The position numbers were made by a program, and so were the translations under genes. A model generated the notes under the pieces. The model ran no database searches, had not been told where the DNA came from, and saw only the letters and a program-made list of their open reading frames with translations. 43,663 bases of DNA. Source: an uncultured Bacteroidota bacterium (GTDB lineage: Bacteria > Bacteroidota > Bacteroidia > Flavobacteriales > Schleiferiaceae). Positions 37,624 to 43,663 of the stretch are shown piece by piece; within the stretch, counting starts at the first letter, position 1; each line of letters begins with the position of its first letter. Where the stretch lies: positions 1-43,663 of the forward strand of contig CAJXMS010000001.1 of assembly GCA_913056475.1 (NCBI GenBank). The letters run 5' to 3'.

Positions 37624-40244
37624 GGTGTATTCAAGTTTTCTTTAGCCTTTTGCAGCGCATTTTCGATACCAGCCGGGTAGCTGCCCCCCGCCATGGCAAA
37701 TTGCGGCTGCCCCCCGCCTCCGCCGCGGATTTCAGCTGCCAGTTCTTTTATCCACTGGCCCGCTTGCCAGTTTTTTGTTTGGAGCACCTCATCCCCCAGG
37801 GCCACCGCCAGTTGTGCCTTACCCTGGTCTTCCGTAGCTACCACCGCTACCAGCTGCGGCTGCTCCTGGCGGAGCTGCAGCAGTACTTCTTTTAGGGGGC
37901 CTGCGGCCAAATGTGATTTGCACACCAATACTTGCATTCCGTCCTGTTCGGTAAGGGCCTCTTTCCAGCCGCGCTTCTCCGCCTGAGCGGCTTCTTTCTG
38001 ATAAGCGCTCACTAATTTACGGAGTTCCGCATTATCGGCTTTGAGCTGGTCTACGGCCTTGAGCAGGTCCTTTGGGTTCTTCAGGTTCTGGCTTAGCTGC
38101 CCTAGCGTGTCGCGCTGCGCATTGAGATGAGCACGGGCGGCATGCCCGGTTAGGGCTTCTACCCGTCGCACACCGGAGGCTACCGCTCCTTCACTGGTAA
38201 GGGTAAAAAGACCTATCTGGCCCGTAGCTTCTACGTGAAGACCACCGCAGAGTTCCAGGCTATCGCCAAACTGAATGGCACGCACCGTGTCGCCGTACTT
38301 TTCCCCAAAAAGCGCCAGCGCTCCCATTTCCAGTGCCTTTTGGTGGGCGATCTGCCGATACTCTTGCCGGGGAAGGTTTTCCAGAATGCGTTCATTTACA
38401 AAATCTTCTACCTGCCGGAGCTCTTCTTCGCTGAGCTTGCTGAAGTGGCTAAAATCAAACCGTAGATAATCCGGATGCACCAAGGAACCCTTTTGGGCCA
38501 CATGGGTACCCAGCACCGAACGGAGGGCCTGGTGCAGTAGGTGGGTAGCGCTATGGTTAAGGCTGGCCCTGTGCCGCCGGTCGGCGTTTACCCGGGCGGT
38601 AAAGCGCGCGTCCACTTTTCGGGGCAAATTTTTGCTGAGGTGCACGATGAGGCCGTGCTCCTTCCTGGTGTCAAAGATGGGGAGACTTTCCTCTCCGTCC
38701 AGCAGTTCGCCGCTGTCGCCCACCTGGCCCCCTCCCTCCGGATAGAAGGGGGTGAGGTTGAACACCAGCTGGTAATGCCGGCCTTTTTTGGTCTTTACTT
38801 CCCGGTAGCGGGTTATCTGCACCTGGGATTCCAGCTGGTCGTATCCTACAAATTCCTCCTGGTCATCTTCCCGCAGCACTACCCAGTCTTCGGTATCTTG
38901 CTGGGTGGCGGCCCGGGCCCGTTCTTTTTGCTTGCGCATTTCCGTATGGTAGCCTGCTTCATCGTAGCTGTAGCCCTTTTCTTTTAAGATCAAGGCGGTA
39001 AGATCGGGCGGGAAGCCGTAGGTATCATAAAGTTCAAAAACGGCGGCGCCGCTTATGGCTTTTCCACTGCTCTGGGCCAGGATCTGTTCCAGCCGCTGGA
39101 GGCCTTGCTCCAGCGTTCTTAAAAAAGATTGCTCTTCCTCCTTGATCACCTTTTCGATCAGCTCTTGCTGGCTTTCCAATTCGGGGAAATGACGGCCCAT
39201 TTCTTGCCGTAGCAGGTCTACCAAGCGGTAAATAAAAGGCTGCCCTTGCCGGAGGTAGGAATAGCCATAGCGGATCGCCCGCCGCAAGATCCGGCGGATC
39301 ACGTAACCGGCGCCATTATTGCCCGGCAGCTGGCCATCGGCTATGGCAAAGGCCACCGCCCGTACGTGGTCCGCTACCACCCGCATGGCCGTATCGGTCT
39401 CCTCTTGCCGGCCGTAGCGCTGCTGGCTCAGCTCCCCTACGCGCTCCAGTAAGGGGGTAAATACGTCGGTATCATAATTGGAATATACGCCCTGGAGCGC
39501 CATACATAAGCGCTCAAAGCCCATCCCCGTGTCCACATTCTTAAAGGGCAGCCGCTCCAGGCGGCCATCGGCCATCCGCTGGTACTCCATGAATACCAGG
39601 TTCCAGAGCTCCACCACCAGGGGGTGGTCTTGATTGACCAGCTCGTGCCCGGGGGTAGCCTTACGTTCCGCTTCACGGCGCAGGTCTATGTGAATTTCCG
39701 AACAGGGGCCACAGGGACCCGTAGCCCCCATTTCCCAAAAATTATCGCTTTTATCCCCCTCCAAAATGCGCTCCTCTTTTATCCAGCGCCGCCACTCCGC
39801 GGCGGCTTCCTCATCGCGGCCCAGCTGATCATCCTTATCGCCGCAAAAAACCGTTACGTATAGCCGGTCCTTATCCAGGCCATACACCTCCGTGAGCAGC
39901 TCCCAAGACCAAGCGATGGTTTCCGCCTTGAAAAAGTCCCCGAAACTCCAGTTGCCCAGCATCTCAAACATGGTGTGGTGGTAGGTATCGTGCCCTACTT
40001 CTTCCAGGTCGTTGTGCTTGCCCGATACGCGGAGGCACTTTTGGGTATCGACCACCCGGCTATGCGGCGGTTTTACGTGGCCCAGGAAGGCATCTTTGAA
40101 TTGATTCATCCCCGCGTTGGTAAACATCAGGCTGGGATCATCTTTCAGCACCATAGGGGCCGAAGAAACGGCCAGGTGTTCCCGTTTTTGGAAAAAATCA
40201 AGAAAGGTTTCACGTACCTTTTGGGCGGTCCAGGCTTCACTCAT
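37620..40244 (-). CDS. alaS: Alanine--tRNA ligase
   Basis: LMFTNAGMNQFK, HHTMFEMLGNWSFGD, GPCGPCSEI, DTGMGFERL, HSATHLLH, ELCGG.H and GGGGG motifs. Confidence 0.98.
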   Translation of the reverse strand: MSEAWTAQKVRETFLDFFQKREHLAVSSAPMVLKDDPSLMFTNAGMNQFKDAFLGHVKPPHSRVVDTQKCLRVSGKHNDLEEVGHDTYHHTMFEMLGNWSFGDFFKAETIAWSWELLTEVYGLDKDRLYVTVFCGDKDDQLGRDEEAAAEWRRWIKEERILEGDKSDNFWEMGATGPCGPCSEIHIDLRREAERKATPGHELVNQDHPLVVELWNLVFMEYQRMADGRLERLPFKNVDTGMGFERLCMALQGVYSNYDTDVFTPLLERVGELSQQRYGRQEETDTAMRVVADHVRAVAFAIADGQLPGNNGAGYVIRRILRRAIRYGYSYLRQGQPFIYRLVDLLRQEMGRHFPELESQQELIEKVIKEEEQSFLRTLEQGLQRLEQILAQSSGKAISGAAVFELYDTYGFPPDLTALILKEKGYSYDEAGYHTEMRKQKERARAATQQDTEDWVVLREDDQEEFVGYDQLESQVQITRYREVKTKKGRHYQLVFNLTPFYPEGGGQVGDSGELLDGEESLPIFDTRKEHGLIVHLSKNLPRKVDARFTARVNADRRHRASLNHSATHLLHQALRSVLGTHVAQKGSLVHPDYLRFDFSHFSKLSEEELRQVEDFVNERILENLPRQEYRQIAHQKALEMGALALFGEKYGDTVRAIQFGDSLELCGGLHVEATGQIGLFTLTSEGAVASGVRRVEALTGHAARAHLNAQRDTLGQLSQNLKNPKDLLKAVDQLKADNAELRKLVSAYQKEAAQAEKRGWKEALTEQDGMQVLVCKSHLAAGPLKEVLLQLRQEQPQLVAVVATEDQGKAQLAVALGDEVLQTKNWQAGQWIKELAAEIRGGGGGQPQFAMAGGSYPAGIENALQKAKENLNTP

Positions 40245-40380
40245 AGGAGGGCTTTGCACAGCGGGTTGTTCATTACACGAAAAGAGCGCTGGCCAGGCAT
40301 CCCGATAGATTGCCCTATCTTAGCGCTTTGCCCCAAAAGGCCCACCCGGCGGGCCCTTGGAGCGGTCAAAATTAAGCATA

Positions 40381-41352
40381 ATGGCTAAGGTTAAGTACTA
40401 CTACGACCCCAAAACCCTTTCCTACCGCAAAATAGAAAAAGGCGCCGCCTATCAGGCCCGCCAAACCCTGCTCTATCTCGCCTCCGCCGCCCTGCTGGGG
40501 CTTATTTTCTACTTCGTGGCCGATAACTTTATCGACTCCCCCAAAGAAAAGCGCCTCCGCCGGGAGCTCGAAAACATGAAACTGCAGTACAGCATCCTGA
40601 ACCAGCGCCTCGACCAGCTCAACCAGGTGCTGGCCAAACTGGAGGATCGCGACGATAATATCTACCGCGTCGTATTTGAAGCCGAGCCCATTCCCGCGTC
40701 CGTTCGCCAAGCTGGCTTTGGGGGCGCCAATCGCTATGAAAAACTGGAAGGCTTTGAAAACTCCGAACTCATTAAAGAAACCGCCCGCCGGGTAGACAAG
40801 CTCTCCAAACGGATGTACGTCCAGTCTAAGTCTTACCAGGAGCTTATCGACATGGCCGAAAACAAACAAAAACTGCTGGAAGCCATTCCCTCCATTCAGC
40901 CGGTCCCCAACGAGGACCTTCGGCGGATGGCTTCCGGCTACGGCTGGCGGATCGACCCCTTTACCAAAGCCCGGAAATTTCACTACGGTATGGACTTCTC
41001 CGCCCCCATCGGAACCCCCGTGTACGCCACCGGCGATGGTAAAGTGATCCGGGCAGACAATCACTCCAGCGGGTACGGACGCCATATCCGGATAGATCAC
41101 GGCTACGGCTACCGCACCTTGTATGCCCACCTGAATGATTACAATGTGCGCCAGGGACAGCGGGTAAGCCGCGGCCAAATAATAGGCTTCCTGGGCAGCT
41201 CCGGCCGCTCTACCGGCCCCCACCTCCACTACGAGGTACACCGGGATAAAGAACGCCTCAACCCTATGAACTTCTACTACGGCGAACTCTCGCCCAAAGA
41301 GTATCAACAAGCCATCTCCCTGAGCAGCCAAAGCAATCAATCCTTTGACTAA
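40381..41352 (+). CDS. M23 family metallopeptidase (MepM/NlpD-like)
   Basis: HYGMDF, YAHL and STGPHLHYEV motifs; N-terminal TM and coiled coil. Confidence 0.94.
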   Translation: MAKVKYYYDPKTLSYRKIEKGAAYQARQTLLYLASAALLGLIFYFVADNFIDSPKEKRLRRELENMKLQYSILNQRLDQLNQVLAKLEDRDDNIYRVVFEAEPIPASVRQAGFGGANRYEKLEGFENSELIKETARRVDKLSKRMYVQSKSYQELIDMAENKQKLLEAIPSIQPVPNEDLRRMASGYGWRIDPFTKARKFHYGMDFSAPIGTPVYATGDGKVIRADNHSSGYGRHIRIDHGYGYRTLYAHLNDYNVRQGQRVSRGQIIGFLGSSGRSTGPHLHYEVHRDKERLNPMNFYYGELSPKEYQQAISLSSQSNQSFD

Positions 41353-41690
41353 TGGAAGAATCAGCGCCGGATACCAGCGAAAAGCGTTACTACAGCATCG
41401 GAGAAGTAGCCCAAATGCTGCAGGTAAATCCCTCCCTTATCCGTTTTTGGGAGCAGGAATTTGATAGCCTCAAGCCGCGCAAAAACCGCAAGGGAAACCG
41501 GCTTTTTACCCCCCAGGACCTGGAGCAGCTCAAGCTTATCTATTACCTGGTGAAAGAGCGGGGTTTTACCCTTAAAGGGGCCCGCGAAAAACTTCGCCAT
41601 AACAAGGATGATACCGCCCAAAACGCCCGGGTAGTGGAGCGCCTCCATCAAATCAAGCAGGCCCTGGCCGAGCTTCGGGATGCCCTTTAG
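41352..41690 (+). CDS. MerR family transcriptional regulator
   Basis: YYSIGEVA...SLIRFWEQEF..LKP...GNRLFT helix-turn-helix. Confidence 0.93.
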   Translation: MEESAPDTSEKRYYSIGEVAQMLQVNPSLIRFWEQEFDSLKPRKNRKGNRLFTPQDLEQLKLIYYLVKERGFTLKGAREKLRHNKDDTAQNARVVERLHQIKQALAELRDAL

Positions 41691-41874
41691 CCGCGCACGG
41701 GGGCGGCCTCCCGGCCAAAGGAAAGGCCGGCCGCTGCAAAAATTTCCTCCGGAATGATCCCGCTGGTTCGTCTTGAATTGACACCCGCTCCTCCTCAATT
41801 TATGCCATTGCGGCAGATGCCGTACCTTGGCACCACTTTGGAAATACACATAAGATAACTTGCTAAATTTTACC

Positions 41875-42465
41875 ATGAAAAAAGGACTTATAGCGCTGCT
41901 CGTAATAGGGGGGCTGGTACTGATCGCTTTCTTCTCGCTGCGCGGTATGTACAATCAGATGGTAGACTTCCAGGAAGGGGCTACCGCGCAGTGGGCCAAC
42001 GTGGAAACGGCTTACCAACGGCGTGCCGACCTGGTGCCCAATCTGGTGAATACCGTGAAAGGTTACGCCGATTTTGAACAGGAAACGCTGACCCAGGTAA
42101 TTGAGGCCCGCAGCAAGGCTACCGGGGTCAACGTGGATGCCGAAAACCTTAATCCGGAGCAAATCCAGAAATTCCAAAAGGCACAGCAAAAGCTAAGTGG
42201 TGCGCTTAGCAGGCTCCTGGTAAGCGTGGAGCGCTATCCCAATCTCAAGGCAAGCCAAAATTTCCTGGCCCTGCAGTCTCAGCTGGAAGGGACAGAAAAC
42301 CGTATATCGGTAGAGCGCCGTCGCTTCAACGAATCCGTGCGCGCTTACAACACCTACATCCGTAAATTTCCGCAAACCTTTGTGGCCAGCATGGGGGGCT
42401 TCCAGAAGAAGGGCTACTTTGAATCCGATGAAGGAGCTGATCAGGCACCGGAAGTGCAGTTTTAG
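41875..42465 (+). CDS. lemA: LemA family protein
   Basis: YQRRADLVPNLVNTVKGY, VERYPNLKASQNF and LEGTENRI motifs. Confidence 0.93.
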   Translation: MKKGLIALLVIGGLVLIAFFSLRGMYNQMVDFQEGATAQWANVETAYQRRADLVPNLVNTVKGYADFEQETLTQVIEARSKATGVNVDAENLNPEQIQKFQKAQQKLSGALSRLLVSVERYPNLKASQNFLALQSQLEGTENRISVERRRFNESVRAYNTYIRKFPQTFVASMGGFQKKGYFESDEGADQAPEVQF

Positions 42466-42518
42466 CGCCGGAACCACATTTGGCCGCCAGGCCCTATAAA
42501 CAAACGTATCGCTAAGCC

Positions 42519-42965
42519 ATGAGCAAGCAAAGAGATCCCAAAAACTTCTTTACCAAAGCGGAAGAGGCGGAAATTGTGGCCGCCATCCGCGCCGCCGAAA
42601 ACCGCACCAGTGGGGAACTGCGGGTGCACCTGGAAGCCCATACCGATGAGCCCAACCGGGAACACGCCCAGAAGATATTTGAAGAGGCGGGCATGACCCA
42701 AACCGAAAGGCGCAATGGAGTGCTTTTTTATCTGGCTACCGAAGATAAGCAGTTTACCATCCTGGGCGATAAGGGGATAAACGAAAAGGTGCCGGAAGGA
42801 TTTTGGGATGAGATCCGCGATACCATGCAGGATAATTTCCGGCAGGGCCACTTCGTGAAAGGCCTGGTGGCGGGCATCGAAATGGCCGGGAAAGCCCTGG
42901 CTGAATACTTTCCGGTACAGGATGATGACGACAACGAACTAAGTGATGAAATATCTAAGTCTTAA
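42519..42965 (+). CDS. TPM domain protein (soluble type)
   Basis: AIRAAENRTSGELRVH, T.RRNGVLFY, ILGDKGIN and NELSDEIS motifs. Confidence 0.9.
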   Translation: MSKQRDPKNFFTKAEEAEIVAAIRAAENRTSGELRVHLEAHTDEPNREHAQKIFEEAGMTQTERRNGVLFYLATEDKQFTILGDKGINEKVPEGFWDEIRDTMQDNFRQGHFVKGLVAGIEMAGKALAEYFPVQDDDDNELSDEISKS

Positions 42966-43662
42966 GCTTGCGCTGGTCCTTGGGGCCTTTTTTTGCCTGG
43001 GGGCAGCGGCCCAAAATGAGCAGCGCTTCCCGGAGCCGCTCCCCGGTGATGTACCGGTAAATGATTACGCCGAGGTGCTCACCGAAAGGCAAGAGCAGCG
43101 GCTGAATAAGTTCCTTACCGGCTATGCGGATACGACTTCTACACAGATAGTGGTGGTTACTATGCAAAGCCTGGGCGGCGAGGATCCCAACCTCTATGCG
43201 GCGGAGCTGGGACAGCAATGGGGCGTGGGCCAGGGCAAGGCCGATAATGGCCTGGTGATGCTGCTGGCCATGAAGGAACGGAAGGTAGCTATTCAAAATG
43301 GCTACGGACTGGAGCCTTATCTGACGGATGCTAAAACCAAGATGGTCATCGAAAAGGACATGCTCCCGGCCTTTCGCCAGGAGCAGTACTATGAGGGGGT
43401 GAAAAATGGTGTGATCCAGGTTGTGCGGATTTTGCAAGGGAGCTTTGACGGGAGTGGGGGCGGCCGTGGCAAGGAGCGGGGGCCTCTTTCGTATGTACCC
43501 CTGGCCCTGCTGGGGCTGGTTATGATTTACCTGCTTTTTAAGCGCCGGGGCGGGGGTGGCGGCCGGGGCAGTGGCTACCGGCGCGGCATGGCTGGCGGCA
43601 TGGCCGGTGGCATGTGGCTGGGTGGTATGCCCATGGGTGGCGGTGGCTTTGGTGGTGGAGGC
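42946..43662 (+). CDS. TPM domain membrane protein (YgcG-like; runs off the window end)
   Basis: Not in the ORF track. Manual translation: MKYLSLKLALVLGAFFCLGAAAQ...VNDYAEVL...STQIVVVT...WGVGQGKADNGLV...GYGLEPYLTDA, then a TM segment and a Gly-rich tail. Confidence 0.9.
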   Translation, partial: MKYLSLKLALVLGAFFCLGAAAQNEQRFPEPLPGDVPVNDYAEVLTERQEQRLNKFLTGYADTTSTQIVVVTMQSLGGEDPNLYAAELGQQWGVGQGKADNGLVMLLAMKERKVAIQNGYGLEPYLTDAKTKMVIEKDMLPAFRQEQYYEGVKNGVIQVVRILQGSFDGSGGGRGKERGPLSYVPLALLGLVMIYLLFKRRGGGGGRGSGYRRGMAGGMAGGMWLGGMPMGGGGFGGGG

Positions 43663-43663
43663 G

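Noticed and set aside
40372..41340. 322-aa minus-strand ORF
   Set aside because: Antisense shadow of the M23 peptidase gene.
42955..43437. 160-aa minus-strand ORF
   Set aside because: Opposite the real TPM gene starting at 42946.
1..43663. CRISPR array, tRNA/rRNA, prophage, transposase or defence system
   Set aside because: No regularly spaced repeats, cloverleaf/rRNA signatures, integrase, nuclease or reverse transcriptase motifs seen by eye.

Overview
Gene-dense, mostly core-genome window from a Bacteroidota bacterium. The phylum call rests on sprA, T9SS C-terminal domains and repeated TAnnTTTG -7 promoter boxes. Gene order suggests Flavobacteriales, which is an inference. From left to right: a divergent cysteine-rich envelope module (DUF6029-like outer-membrane protein and TlpA thioredoxin on the minus strand; an Omp28/CxxC T9SS cargo and a second CxxxC T9SS cargo on the plus strand); ruvA-sprA, gcvH-vanZ, tonB and cysQ; a heme O synthase / split cytochrome c oxidase subunit III / subunit IV / SCO / DUF420 operon; TolC plus adaptor; tsaB; a GT2 and a YyaL-like protein; a D-cysteine desulfhydrase-like PLP enzyme with a GH73-LysM hydrolase; an accessory SGNH lipoprotein with a TPR-TM-LytTR one-component regulator; DUF5522 with long-form hutU; several lipoproteins and membrane proteins; alaS; M23-MerR; and LemA-TPM-TPM. 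No rRNA, tRNA, CRISPR array, transposase or prophage gene was seen. The best candidates for poorly described biology are the DUF6029/TlpA/Omp28 surface thiol module next to sprA, the TPR-LytTR regulator with a three-repeat operator-like array but no obvious target gene, and two structured intergenic elements (one MITE-like, one REP-like). All family assignments come from motif recognition by eye; no database search was run.
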